Shown: positions 18,418 through 29,200 of the stretch, piece by piece
Layout: every line of letters starts with the position of its first letter
Position numbering within the stretch: the stretch's first letter is position 1
Assembly (NCBI GenBank): GCA_963665235.2
Contig: CAXXLX010000001.1
Span: 4,192,001-4,256,000 of the forward strand
From: Candidatus Poribacteria bacterium
Lineage (GTDB): Bacteria > Poribacteria > WGA-4E > WGA-3G
DNA: 64,000 nt
Direction of reading: 5' to 3'
Translations under genes and position numbers: made by a program
Notes under the pieces: generated by a model
The model's input: only the letters and a program-made list of their open reading frames with translations
Database searches by the model: none
Told to the model about the DNA's origin: nothing

Positions 18418-19440
18418 CTAGTCATCCATCTTTGCAATGCCTATTCTCTTTGTTATCTTTGCTGCTAAAATCTTGAAGTCGTAATAAGCATCTTGGGCGG
18501 CAGCAGCGTGGGAACCGATAGCTCCATCAGCTGTGTTAAGGTGAAAAATAGGTTTGCGTGCCTCCCGTGCCATCGGGACAAGGCTGCGATAATGCTTAGC
18601 GATAGCGAGTGCATTTTCCTCATCCTCTTTCGGTGTTTTGGCATAGGGCCCTTCCCTATCATCTAGCAGGTTCTGGGCATATTCTGCGGGCATCCGGCTG
18701 ATGCATTTATTATAGGCTTTAACTGGATATCCAAAATAAACACTGGGCTGTTGGACTACATAACCAATCGGTTGAATTAACCCTATTGGTATAGACAACT
18801 CAGGAAGAGGATTATGTTTGCGTCTCTCCTGCCACCCCTGTCGCCAATCGTGTAACGTCGGACCAAGGTTCCGGAGCCCTTGAAGTGAGAAGTGGTCAGC
18901 ACCTAGTGGAACAATAACATAATCCGTAGCGACCAGGACGGCTCTATTCAAGGCTCCCAGGTTCGGTCCCACATCCACTAGGGCAATGTCGGCTTGCCGT
19001 TCGTTTGCTGCTTCTTGCAAAATCCGCCATAGTGCCGACATTACGCGAAATGCCCGTGGATTCTGCTCTAGACACTTTTGCCATTCACTACTAAGTTCAT
19101 CCTCCACCGAAGATAACAGAAGATCTCCGACAATAAGACTTAATTCTTCCATTGCCCATTCTTCTGTCATATTCTCCAAGTAGGGTTTTTTAATGTCTCC
19201 TGTACCGTCCAAAAGCGGTTGAAGCGCGCCATAGACGGTCTTTCTAGGGCCGCTTTCAGGCCATAGTGCTTCCAGCCGTTCGTCGTCGATGAACATGCTA
19301 GTAAGGTTTGCCTGCGGGTCGAGGTCACAGGCAAGTACGCGATAACCGGTCTCGTAAAGCATCCATGCTATATGATAAACGAGGGATGTTTTGCCAACCC
19401 CGCTTTTATTATTGAAAAAAGTTAAAACTGGCGCAGGCAT
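18418..19440 (-). CDS. ParA/Soj-family (AAA_31) ATPase, long orphan type
   Basis: FFNNKSGVGKTS, DLDPQANLT, DVGPNLG. Confidence 0.88.
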   Translation of the reverse strand: MPAPVLTFFNNKSGVGKTSLVYHIAWMLYETGYRVLACDLDPQANLTSMFIDDERLEALWPESGPRKTVYGALQPLLDGTGDIKKPYLENMTEEWAMEELSLIVGDLLLSSVEDELSSEWQKCLEQNPRAFRVMSALWRILQEAANERQADIALVDVGPNLGALNRAVLVATDYVIVPLGADHFSLQGLRNLGPTLHDWRQGWQERRKHNPLPELSIPIGLIQPIGYVVQQPSVYFGYPVKAYNKCISRMPAEYAQNLLDDREGPYAKTPKEDEENALAIAKHYRSLVPMAREARKPIFHLNTADGAIGSHAAAAQDAYYDFKILAAKITKRIGIAKMDD

Positions 19441-19442
19441 CG

Positions 19443-20667
19443 TCAGGTAACCTCCGGTTTCTGTGCGGCGTGTATCGTTGCCAGCACGTGATTATCAAAG
19501 ATTTTAAATTCAGGTTCAGGATGTCCAGCTTTTTTTTAGCAAGGTTTTGGTTATCTGTATACCCATACCGAACTTCTGCATATAACCAAGCGTTTTCATC
19601 GCTTCCGCAAGAGTTGGATTGCGATAATCGGTCCAGCCGGGCTGTCCGAAATTTTCAGCTGTTACTGCCCCAAAAACCCCACCGGGATTTAAAACCTCAA
19701 CGCGGTCGTTGAACCAGGTGACGCGTACCGGTGCATTTGTTCCTTGATATGTTCTGTGCATAACAGCATTTCGGGTAACCTGCTGCAGTGCCGCAAGCGG
19801 ATAAATTTCTGTGCGGCGTTCAGCAGGGCCACTTACAAAATCAACAGAGACGCGATTGTGTGCAATTAATTTATCGTCTAAACGGCGAATCTGATCTGGA
19901 ATTGCGCCGCGAATCTCCTCACTATCAAGAATAGGCGCAGTTAGTTCATCGCCATCAATTCTGAGAAACTGAATATAAGCACCGTATAGGAAATCCTGCG
20001 GATTTTTCCCAATCGTAAGCATACCAAACACGGTAGGTGTTGGTTGGTCAGCAGTTTCGATCATCTTTGTGGCTGCCAATTGTTCATTCAAGCTCCGGGC
20101 ATTTGCTTCCAAGAGCTCCGAAGAGAATGCCTTGGGTAGATATTCATAATTGAATAAAGCTAGGTTGAGGTTTGACACATCCGCTTCCGGAATGGGATAT
20201 AGGTCAAAGGGCCGGTCACTATAGCGGCGTTTTTCGTTGAGAATGCGCTCATCTTGTGCCGTGGCGATACCTCGACGTGTGCCAATCCGGATATGGACAG
20301 CTCCTTTGTATCTCACTGGTGGTGAATCAGAAGGTTCCACTTTAACTACGGCAATCTCTTTTCCTTTTAGCACCCGTTTTTCAACGGTGAGCGATGGGGG
20401 CGGCAAGATATTACCATCAGTTTTCATGTCCGCTAACTGCCGCAGGAGCGAGTCTGTGACTTGCAGACCCAGGAGCGTTTTGTCCTCTCCCACGCCAACG
20501 AAAACAAAGCCAGGCTTTTCGTGGCGAGGCAAATCGTTGGCAAATGCACAGATAGCCTCCCTAATTTTCTCCGGGGCATTACCAGACAGGACCGCTTTGA
20601 ACTCAACGCGGTCTGATTCATCTGCCTCAATGATTTGCAGCAGGTCTTCGTCTGTAAAATTTCGCAT
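19443..20667 (-). CDS. AlbA_2/Schlafen domain + HATPase_c_4 (RecG C-terminal-like) protein; frameshift in an A8 tract near the C-terminus
   Basis: ESDRVEFK, ICAFAN, NAVMHRTY, NPGG, YRNPTLAE; removing one A at 19530-19537 gives ...LLKKAGHPEPEFKIFDNHVLATIHAAQKPEVT* ending 2 bp before parA. Confidence 0.82.
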
Positions 20668-20785
20668 TGCGACTCCTACCAATTTTACCGTTTGTGCTTC
20701 CAACATCAATTAAATATTGTCGCTGTGATAAGTATACATCGCGCGGAAAAATTTGTCAAGACTAATTCAATGCCTGATAAAAAAC

Positions 20786-20814
20786 TTGACATATTTTAGA
20801 GAAAGTGGTATAAT
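20786..20814 (+). promoter_or_regulatory. Consensus sigma70 promoter
   Basis: TTGACA-17 bp-TATAAT. Confidence 0.75.
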
Positions 20815-20881
20815 GTTCTGAAAAAATGAGGATGCCCTCCAATCTCTTGTATCCGTAATGACCCTGCTGTGCGTAAGTCCT

Positions 20882-21083
20882 GACATAAATAAAGGGAGAG
20901 TGCACAACACATAGGGCGTACGGGTTCGGTCCGTAGCATTTCGTTTAGTCCTGATGGCACCTCCCTCACATTGATGAACCCATACCCTGGTGAGATAATG
21001 ACTCCTTACTGAAGAGGGCAAAACGCGTCAATACGCAACTTCATGTCTCGGTAGAATACCCCGACGGCTACAGGAGGAAATAG
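20882..21083 (+). pseudogene. Mosaic remnant: WD40-repeat fragment followed by a PIN-toxin C-terminal fragment
   Basis: IGRTGSVRSISFSPDGT (about 20911-20961); DNDSLLKRAKRVNTQLHVSVEYP (about 20994-21062) directly before an antitoxin-like gene. Confidence 0.55.
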
Positions 21084-21086
21084 GAC

Positions 21087-21296
21087 ATGAATATACGGAA
21101 TATGACTGATGAAGAAATTTACGAAGTTGGGCTTAAAGTCCTCTCTGATAAACTTGGTGCCGCGGGGATGATTAGATTCCTCAGGCAGTGTGAACCGGCT
21201 ACAGGCAATTTTACTGAAGAACGCAAAGAGTGGATTGCTAGCGAACCCGACATCAGGACGATTGCAAAGCGGATCCAACGGAATCACCAAACGTAA
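21087..21296 (+). CDS. Small antitoxin-like protein
   Basis: SD GGAGG; MTDEEIYEVGLKVLSDKLG...RFL resembles the PIN partner at 44315-44533. Confidence 0.72.
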   Translation: MNIRNMTDEEIYEVGLKVLSDKLGAAGMIRFLRQCEPATGNFTEERKEWIASEPDIRTIAKRIQRNHQT

Positions 21297-21360
21297 ATAT
21301 TAAAAGCATTCCAACGCTTGACCACTGCGGGCGCGCTTCTTCACCTAAGAAAGAATATAC

Positions 21361-22125
21361 ATGGCAAACCGACTCAAAGATAAAATCGCAATTATCACGG
21401 GGGCTGCGCGCGGGATTGGCGCGAAAAGTGCCGAAATCTTTGCTGACGAGGGGGCCGCTGTTGCCTTATGGGACATAAATACCGAACGCGGCGAAGAGAC
21501 CACCCACCAAATTCAGACAGCCGGCGGCACTGCTATCTTCTGTCAGTGTGATGTAACCGATGCTACGCAGATTGCCCGTGCTGTTGACCGGGTCGCGTCT
21601 GAACTCGGTACCCCCACTGTCCTATTTAACAATGCCGGTATTGCTGTCGTAGGCGAATTAGAGGAGATTACCGAGGCGGACTGGGACAGGCAATATGCTG
21701 TCAATGTGAAGAGCGTCTATCTCGTTTCCCGCGCGGTTATTCCGTTGATGCGGACTGCCGGGGGGGGAACGATTATCAACATGGCAAGCGAGTCGGCTTA
21801 CGTCGGGTTTCCGATGCACCCCGCCTATACGTCCTCAAAAGCCGCGGTGGTTCATCTTACGCGAAGTATGGCGGTTCGGTACGCTGAGGACAACATTCGC
21901 GTCAATAGCCTCTGCCCCGGTACAATTAACACGGAGCTTTATCAAGAATTTTTGGCACAGCAGGAAGACCCGGAGGCGATAAATAGAGAGATTGAAGCGA
22001 TGCATCCGTTGGGCATCGGTGAACCGATGGATATCGCTTGGGCAGCGGTCTATTTAGCCTCCGATGAATCCCGCTACATGACCGGTGCACCGATGCTCGT
22101 TGAAGGCGGTATCCTGTGTCTCTAG
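21361..22125 (+). CDS. SDR family oxidoreductase
   Basis: TGAARGIG, NNAG, YTSSK. Confidence 0.95.
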   Translation: MANRLKDKIAIITGAARGIGAKSAEIFADEGAAVALWDINTERGEETTHQIQTAGGTAIFCQCDVTDATQIARAVDRVASELGTPTVLFNNAGIAVVGELEEITEADWDRQYAVNVKSVYLVSRAVIPLMRTAGGGTIINMASESAYVGFPMHPAYTSSKAAVVHLTRSMAVRYAEDNIRVNSLCPGTINTELYQEFLAQQEDPEAINREIEAMHPLGIGEPMDIAWAAVYLASDESRYMTGAPMLVEGGILCL

Positions 22126-22170
22126 GTAGTTGAATTATCCCCCAATTGACACGTACCTCTTATCTATTTT

Positions 22171-23112
22171 CTATAGCGCAAGGTCGGCTGGACGGACCCC
22201 CTTCTTAAACGTGCCGAAACCGAAGAAGAGCGGTGCATACTCACCGACATAATCAACGACGCTTTCCTCAGGAATTGCGTCCTCCATCCCCATACACCAA
22301 TAACACCCATTGACGAGGAGACGGCGAAGGCCTTCGCTCTCTAAGTCCACAGATGCTCCCATCGTAGTGTTGAAGATACGTGAGGTGTTCCCCGCTTCAC
22401 CGGTATAGGTTTTAATCCATGCCATCGGCATTGTGACGGTATCCGGTTTTGGTGCATCTGTCGGTTCCATACCGACCAGCACCTGTCCGTGTACCAGCAC
22501 TTGTGCGTCGCCTGTCAATTCCCGAATGCCGTAGACATCGGATGGTCCCCATATATCGGTAACGCCTTTGAGAGTAGGGTGGTCTTTCATGGTTTCATCA
22601 ATAACACCGCGTGCGCTCTCTTTGCCGTGATGTCCATGGTGGTTCACCCAGGTTTCTCCGAGGACCTGCTTGCCGTATCCGCCCGCGAAATCCCTGCTGT
22701 TGAAGCTGTATTTTGCGTACGGGCTTTCCTGATTTCGGCTATAATTGAAAGCGTGTGTCGCTGTCCGGAGTCCCATCACAGGTTTGCCAGCGTTGGTGTA
22801 GTCCACGATATATTTCATCTGTTCATCGGGCAGTTCGCGAAAACGGGTGAACAGTACCATCATATCGGCTGATTCCAGATGATGGAGCCCGGGAATATTG
22901 GTCTGTACCTCCGGATCGATTTCACCTGTTTCGGGGTTAATAGCGAACAGTACTGTGCATCGGAAGCCGTGATGTGTAGCTAATATCTTTCCGAGCATCG
23001 GTAACGCTTCTTCGGAGCGATACTCCTCATCGCCGCTGACCAGAACAATATGTTTGCCGTTTCCGGGGCCATCATTTCCTTCATAAACAACCCATTCATT
23101 ATTATTATTCAT
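22171..23112 (-). CDS. ThuA-like (trehalose utilisation) domain protein
   Basis: GDEEYRSEE, GLRTATHAF, FNTTMG motifs. Confidence 0.8.
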   Translation of the reverse strand: MNNNNEWVVYEGNDGPGNGKHIVLVSGDEEYRSEEALPMLGKILATHHGFRCTVLFAINPETGEIDPEVQTNIPGLHHLESADMMVLFTRFRELPDEQMKYIVDYTNAGKPVMGLRTATHAFNYSRNQESPYAKYSFNSRDFAGGYGKQVLGETWVNHHGHHGKESARGVIDETMKDHPTLKGVTDIWGPSDVYGIRELTGDAQVLVHGQVLVGMEPTDAPKPDTVTMPMAWIKTYTGEAGNTSRIFNTTMGASVDLESEGLRRLLVNGCYWCMGMEDAIPEESVVDYVGEYAPLFFGFGTFKKGVRPADLAL

Positions 23113-23239
23113 CAAATTAAACTCCACATTATAAAATTTTATATCAGTATAGCACACTTTTTCAAAAAAGTCACGTTGAAATTGAGGAGCGAATGTGTAA
23201 AGTTTTCGTCACAGGGAAGGGTGGAAGTCGCAATATCTT

Positions 23240-25093
23240 TTAAGGTTCGAGTTCCCAAAGGAGAATAGTGCCATCCCAACTCCCACTAACGATGGTGTTC
23301 CCATCCGGACTAAACGACACGCTATTGACCGGCCCAGTATGTCCCGTGAGTGTTCTGATAAGGTGTCCGGTGTTTGTGCTCCATAGTCGAATAGTGTTGT
23401 CCCAACTCCCACTAACGACGGTATTGCCATCCGGACTAAATGACACGCTATAGACCTGCTCCGTATGTCCCGTGAGAGTTCTGATAAGTTGCCCGGTGTT
23501 CGTATTCCATAGGCGAATAGTCTTGTCCTCACTCCCACTAACGATAGTATTACCATCGGGACTAAACGAAACACTAAGGACCGGTCCCAAATGTCCCGTG
23601 AGAGTTCTGATAATTTTTCCTGTGGTAATATCCCATAGTTGAATAGTCTTGCCTACCCTTCCACTAACGATGGTGTTCCCATCCGGACTGAACGACACGG
23701 TAATGACCGCCCCCATATCTCCCGTGAGTGTTGTGATAAGGTGTCCTGTGTTTGTGTGCCATAGGCGAATAATCATGTCCACACTGCCACTAACGAAGAT
23801 ATTCCCATCAGGACTAAACGCCACGCTATAGACATAATCTGCTCCCGTGAGAGTTCTGCTAATTTTTCCTGTTGTAATATCCCATAGTTGAATAGTAGCG
23901 TCCGCACTTCCACTAACGATGGTGTTGCCATCCGGACTAAATGATATGCTATTGACCGGCCCCGTATGTCCCGTGAGAGTTCTGATAAGTGGTTTCCCTG
24001 TGGCTATGTCCCATAGCCGAATAGTGCCGTCCCTACTCCCACTAACGATGGTGTTACCATCCGGACTAAATGACACGCTACGGACAATAACCGTATGTCC
24101 TGTAATTTTTCTGATAAGTTGTGCGGTGTTTGTGTCCCATAAACGAATAGTGCTGTCATAACTTCCACTAACGATGGTGTTGCCATCCGGACTAAATGAC
24201 ACGCTATGGACCCGACCCATATCTCCCGTGAGTGTTGTGATAAGTTCTCCTGTGTTCGGATTCCACAAGCGGATAGTCTCGTCCTCACTGCCACTAACAA
24301 GCATACGACCATCGGGACTAAACGACACGCTATTGACATCATCCGTATGTCCTGTGATTTTTCTGACGATTTTTCCTGTGCTAATATCCCATAGACAAAT
24401 AATGTTGTGCCTACTCCCGCTAACGAGGGTATTGCCATCCGGACTAAATGACACGCTATGGACTGGCTTTGTATGTCCTCTGAGTGTTGTGATAAGTTCT
24501 CCTGTGCTAATGTCCCACAAGCGAATAGTCTTGTCCTCACTTCCGCTAACGATGGTGTTGCCATCCGGACTAAATGACACACTATTGACCGGACGCGTAT
24601 GTCCAGTGAATGTTGTGATAAGGTGTCCAGTTTTAGTGTGCCATAGACGAATAGTCTTTTCCCTACTGCTGCTAACAAGCATACGACCATCGGGACTAAA
24701 CGACACGCTATTGACCGGTTCTGTATGTCCAGTGAATTTTCTGATAATTTTTCCTGTGTTTGTATTCCACAGTCGGATAGTAGCGTCCTCACTCCTAGTA
24801 GCAAGCGCGCGACCATCTGGACTAAACGACGCGCTATAGACCGACCCCATATCTCCTGTAAATAGGTTGAGTGCTTCTCCTGTCTGGACATCATAAATCC
24901 AGACCCCGATGCTACTCCCAACGGCTAAACGCGTTCCATCTGGTGAAAACTTTATATCAGTTATAGCACCTTTACCGAGTCGTGCTTTCGCGCCTTCCGG
25001 TAAGTTCCATTGTGTGTAGTCTATAGCGAGGGTGTTTGGTGCGACCGTTAGGAGCACAAACAAAATCGTTAGCGTCAAAAATCTGTTTTTCAT
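23240..25093 (-). CDS. Secreted WD40-repeat protein (about 14 repeats)
   Basis: Signal peptide, LPEGAKARLGKG lead-in, repeated GHT..V.SVSFSPDG..IVSGS.D.TIRLW. Confidence 0.95.
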   Translation of the reverse strand: MKNRFLTLTILFVLLTVAPNTLAIDYTQWNLPEGAKARLGKGAITDIKFSPDGTRLAVGSSIGVWIYDVQTGEALNLFTGDMGSVYSASFSPDGRALATRSEDATIRLWNTNTGKIIRKFTGHTEPVNSVSFSPDGRMLVSSSREKTIRLWHTKTGHLITTFTGHTRPVNSVSFSPDGNTIVSGSEDKTIRLWDISTGELITTLRGHTKPVHSVSFSPDGNTLVSGSRHNIICLWDISTGKIVRKITGHTDDVNSVSFSPDGRMLVSGSEDETIRLWNPNTGELITTLTGDMGRVHSVSFSPDGNTIVSGSYDSTIRLWDTNTAQLIRKITGHTVIVRSVSFSPDGNTIVSGSRDGTIRLWDIATGKPLIRTLTGHTGPVNSISFSPDGNTIVSGSADATIQLWDITTGKISRTLTGADYVYSVAFSPDGNIFVSGSVDMIIRLWHTNTGHLITTLTGDMGAVITVSFSPDGNTIVSGRVGKTIQLWDITTGKIIRTLTGHLGPVLSVSFSPDGNTIVSGSEDKTIRLWNTNTGQLIRTLTGHTEQVYSVSFSPDGNTVVSGSWDNTIRLWSTNTGHLIRTLTGHTGPVNSVSFSPDGNTIVSGSWDGTILLWELEP

Positions 25094-25264
25094 GTTATCC
25101 TCCACTGAGCGTTTTTCGTGTCGTGGTAAAGTTGTCTATAGTACAGCACCTTTGACAGATATTGTCAAGAAAAAAGAGCGGGCACAGAATGCAATTTAGA
25201 TTGACGTTTTCTACCGAACATGGTATTCTTTTAAACAGCATCGAGATTGTGAAAAGGAAAGTTA

Positions 25265-25984
25265 ATGAAAAACGCGATTCAAAACGAGCTCACAGTGGAT
25301 GGCATACTCCGAGAAATAGAGGAAAAAGCGGATACCGGCGAATATTTTTACCGAGGCGAACCTGAACATTATCACGAAACCCCTTACTTTGGGAAGATCT
25401 CTTCGAATCTCTATCGCGTCTTTCTTGAAGACGAGGACTTTGATGTCGAGGCAGAACACTTTGATATAGAGGCATTCCAAAGAGCAATGTTGAGCGCAGC
25501 GAACAAATTCTCCCTCAAACCCGTTAGTGAGCTTGAACGTCTGGCGGAGATTCAACATTATGGGGGTAAAACCAATCTTATCGATTTTACAAAGGATTAC
25601 CTCATCGCGCTTTTTATGGCATCTCAAGAGTCTCGTGGTAGAGATGGTAGGTTTATTTTTCAAAAGATAGAGTTAGTAAAACCTTATATTGAAAGTCCTT
25701 ACGCGCCGATAAATCGGGTCATCGCGCAGAAAAGTGTATTTGTTCGACATCCGGCTGGGTTCATTCAACCAGCCAAGGATGATGTTATAAACATTCCTGC
25801 ATCTCTCAAAAATCTTATGCGGGAACACCTTGAAAGATCTCACGATATCTCTGCCGAAACCGTCTATAATGATACGCATGGGTTTATTAGACATCAAAGC
25901 CTCAATATGGAACTTTACAAGGCAATGTATATCGGATTAACCCGCGAACAGCAAGGAGATTCAGACAATGGCAACTCAAACTAA
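25265..25984 (+). CDS. FRG-domain protein, copy 1
   Basis: YFYRGE, QHYGGKTNLIDFT, IALFMA, RVIAQKSVF. Confidence 0.88.
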   Translation: MKNAIQNELTVDGILREIEEKADTGEYFYRGEPEHYHETPYFGKISSNLYRVFLEDEDFDVEAEHFDIEAFQRAMLSAANKFSLKPVSELERLAEIQHYGGKTNLIDFTKDYLIALFMASQESRGRDGRFIFQKIELVKPYIESPYAPINRVIAQKSVFVRHPAGFIQPAKDDVINIPASLKNLMREHLERSHDISAETVYNDTHGFIRHQSLNMELYKAMYIGLTREQQGDSDNGNSN

Positions 25985-27092
25985 GATGGCGCATTATGAA
26001 GCAGCTGCGAAACATTTTAGCAGAGCCATCAATTTGGACCCAACTTTTGTTATGCCTTACATTTATCGCGGCAATGTTTATCGGAAAATGGGGGAATTCG
26101 AGCTGGCGATTGATGATTATACTACGGCCATTCGACTAACCCGACAACCTGCTGAGGCATATTACGGCCGCGGTATGGCACACGGTGCTAAAAGCAAGCT
26201 CGACAAGGCAATAGAAGATTTTACGATGGCAATCCAATATGAACCGGATTACGCGGAGGCATACTATCATCGTGGTAACGCTTATGTTATCCAAAATAAG
26301 TTTAACCTTGCTATTGCGGATTGCGACAAGGCAATACAGCTTAACCCTAATGCTGCGGATGCCTATCTCATTCGCGGGAATGCTTACGAAAGCAAAGGTG
26401 AGCTTGACTTCGCTATTATGGACTATAGCAAGGGAATTCTACTTAAGCCGGATTATCCTCTTGCCTACGTCGTCCGTGGTAATGCTTATAACGAAAAAGG
26501 CGATTTTGATTTCGCTATTGTAGACTATACTAAGGCATTGGTGTTGAAACCGAATTATGTTGATGCCTATATTGTTAGAAGTCAAGCTCACTTACTTAAA
26601 CGCGATTTTGACTCCGCCATCGCGGATTGCCAAAAAGTGATGGAGCTCAACCCTAAGACTGCCGAGCCGTATATCACCCGTGCGATTGTTCATAGCCTTA
26701 AAGATGAGTTCGACGCGGCTATTGCCGACTGTGAAAAAGCGATAGAACGCAATCCCAATGCTGCTGATGCTTATGTCATTCTTGGGATGGCTCTTAGCAA
26801 TAAAAACAATTTTGACGCCGCTATTGCGAATTATACAGAAGCGATAAAATTGGAACCTACGCATGCCAATGCATATTATGAACGTGGGAACGCGTATCTT
26901 AACATAGGCGAGTTTGACCTAGCAATTGCAGACTTGACTGCTGCGATGGACTACGGAATAGATGTCGGCACCGCATTTCGGAACGAGTATCAAAGTCTAG
27001 CGGAATTTAAGGAAAAAACGGGTATTAAATCGTTACCGAAAGACATCGTTGCTATACTAAAACAGATGGAAAAAGTCCTGTGTCAATATTGA
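25968..27092 (+). CDS. TPR-repeat protein, copy 1
   Basis: About nine 34-aa repeats AY..RG.AY...G..D.AI.DY..AI.L.P. Confidence 0.92.
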   Translation: MATQTKMAHYEAAAKHFSRAINLDPTFVMPYIYRGNVYRKMGEFELAIDDYTTAIRLTRQPAEAYYGRGMAHGAKSKLDKAIEDFTMAIQYEPDYAEAYYHRGNAYVIQNKFNLAIADCDKAIQLNPNAADAYLIRGNAYESKGELDFAIMDYSKGILLKPDYPLAYVVRGNAYNEKGDFDFAIVDYTKALVLKPNYVDAYIVRSQAHLLKRDFDSAIADCQKVMELNPKTAEPYITRAIVHSLKDEFDAAIADCEKAIERNPNAADAYVILGMALSNKNNFDAAIANYTEAIKLEPTHANAYYERGNAYLNIGEFDLAIADLTAAMDYGIDVGTAFRNEYQSLAEFKEKTGIKSLPKDIVAILKQMEKVLCQY

Positions 27093-27276
27093 ACAAGGAT
27101 ACCCCCATTCCAAACGCGAAGCGGAATTGAACATCGCCCATTTGCTTAGAAAACGTTTAAATTGAGCCCAACCTCAAAATGGAGAATCAAAGTGGAACAC
27201 CGAATTAAAAAATTGACGTTTTCTACTGAACATGGTATTCTTTTAAACAGCATCGGGATTGTGAAAAGGAAAGTTA

Positions 27277-27990
27277 ATGAAAAACGAAAATCAAAACAAG
27301 CAAGGCACAGTGGATGGCATACTCCGAGAAATAGAGGAAAAAGCGGATACCGGCGAATATTTTTACCGAGGCGAGCCTGAACATTATCACGAAACCCCTT
27401 ACTTTGGGAAGATCTCTTCGAATCTCTATCGCGTCTTTCTTGAAGACGAAGACTTTGATGTCGAGGCAGAACACTTTGATATAGAGGATGTTCAAGCAAC
27501 AATGTTTGAAACATCCAAGCATTTTACTCGAAAAACAGCCAGTGAACTTGAACGGCTCGCCGAAATCCAACATTACGGGGGCAAAACTAACTTCATTGAT
27601 TTCACGAAGGATTATCTTATTGCGCTTTTTATGGCTTGCGATGGGGCCCCTGGCAAAGATGGTCGGATTATATTGCAAAAAAAGGAACAGGTAAATCCAT
27701 ATATTGAGGAATCTTACGAACCGATAAATCGTATTATTGCACAAAAAAGTGTATTTATCCGACATCCGGATGGTTTTATTAAGCCGAATGAAGAGGACAT
27801 CATCAATATTCCAGCGGACCTCAAAAGACCAATGCTAAGGCATTTGAGAAATTCCCACGATATATCTGTCGAAACAATTTACAACGATATCCATGGCTTT
27901 ATTAAAGATCAGGATAACCATCTGGATGTCTACAAATTGATTCACAAGGGCCTAACCTATAAACAAATAGGAGATTCAGAACATGGTTAA
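27277..27990 (+). CDS. FRG-domain protein, copy 2
   Basis: Same motifs as copy 1; near-identical 5' part. Confidence 0.88.
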   Translation: MKNENQNKQGTVDGILREIEEKADTGEYFYRGEPEHYHETPYFGKISSNLYRVFLEDEDFDVEAEHFDIEDVQATMFETSKHFTRKTASELERLAEIQHYGGKTNFIDFTKDYLIALFMACDGAPGKDGRIILQKKEQVNPYIEESYEPINRIIAQKSVFIRHPDGFIKPNEEDIINIPADLKRPMLRHLRNSHDISVETIYNDIHGFIKDQDNHLDVYKLIHKGLTYKQIGDSEHG

Positions 27991-29200
27991 CAAAGCAAAG
28001 ATGGCACACTATGAAGAAGCTGCCAAACATTTTAGTGAAGCCATCCGTCTACGACCCGGTTTTGTTATGCCTTATATCCTCCGGGGCGAGGTTTACCATA
28101 AAATGGGCAAATGGGATTTGGCAATTGCTGATTATACCGAAGCGATTTTCTGGACTCAGCAACCCGCTAGTGCTTACAACGGCCGCGGTATGGCACACGG
28201 TGCTAAAGGTGAGATTGACAAAGCGATTGAAGACTTCACACAAGCAATCCGATATGAACCGGATTACGCGGAGGCATACTATCATCGTGGTAACGCTTAT
28301 GTTATCCAAAATAAGTTTGACCTCGCTATTGCGGATTGCGATAAGGCAATCCAGCTTAACCCCAATGCTGCGGAGGCCTATCTCATTCGCGGTAATGCTT
28401 ACGGAAGCAAAAGTGAGCTTGACTTCGCTATTATGGACTATAGCAAGGGAATTCTACTTAAGCCGGATTATCCTCTTGCCTACGTCGTCCGTGGTAATGC
28501 TTATAACGAAAAAGGCGATTTTGATTTCGCTATTGTAGACTATACTAAGGCATTGGTGTTGAAACCGAATTATGTTGATGCCTATATTGTTAGAAGTCAA
28601 GCTCACTTACTTAAACGCGATTTTGACTCCGCCATCGCGGATTGCCAAAAAGTGATGGAGCTCAACCCTAAGACTGCCGAGCCGTATATCATCCGTGCGA
28701 TTGTTCATAGCCTTAAAGGTGAGTTCGACACGGTTATTGCCGACTGTGAAAAAGCGATAGAACGCGAGCCCAATGCTGCTGATGCTTATGTCATTCTTGG
28801 GATGGCTTTTGGCAATAAAAACGATTTTGACTCCGCTATCGCGAATTATACAAAGGCGATAAAATTGGAACCTAAGCATGCCGATGTCTATTATGAGCGT
28901 GGTAAAGCATATCTTAACATAGGTGAGTTTGACCTAGCAATTGCGGACTTGACTGCTGCAGTGGATAATGGAATAGATGTCGGCACCGCTTTTCGGAACG
29001 CGTATCAAAGTCTAGCGGAATTTAAGGAAAAAACGGGTATTAAATCGTTACCAGAAGACATCGTTGCAATATTAAAACAGCACGATGGAAAAAGTCCTGT
29101 GTCGGTATTTCAGCCTGAAGCGGCGCGCATCCAAATGCAGCCTACGTGGATACCCCCATTTCAAGCGCAAATCGGACTTGAACATCGTCCGTTTGCTTAG
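27983..29200 (+). CDS. TPR-repeat protein, copy 2
   Basis: TPR repeats; long central block identical to copy 1. Confidence 0.92.
   Translation: MVNKAKMAHYEEAAKHFSEAIRLRPGFVMPYILRGEVYHKMGKWDLAIADYTEAIFWTQQPASAYNGRGMAHGAKGEIDKAIEDFTQAIRYEPDYAEAYYHRGNAYVIQNKFDLAIADCDKAIQLNPNAAEAYLIRGNAYGSKSELDFAIMDYSKGILLKPDYPLAYVVRGNAYNEKGDFDFAIVDYTKALVLKPNYVDAYIVRSQAHLLKRDFDSAIADCQKVMELNPKTAEPYIIRAIVHSLKGEFDTVIADCEKAIEREPNAADAYVILGMAFGNKNDFDSAIANYTKAIKLEPKHADVYYERGKAYLNIGEFDLAIADLTAAVDNGIDVGTAFRNAYQSLAEFKEKTGIKSLPEDIVAILKQHDGKSPVSVFQPEAARIQMQPTWIPPFQAQIGLEHRPFA

Noticed and set aside
18418-19440. Plasmid or chromosome partition locus
   Set aside because: No parB, parS or rep nearby; long orphan ParA type coupled to an AlbA_2 gene
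23209-24921. Long alternative-frame and antisense ORFs over the WD40 gene
   Set aside because: Shadow ORFs caused by repeat periodicity; the same applies to shadows over the TPR and second WD40 genes
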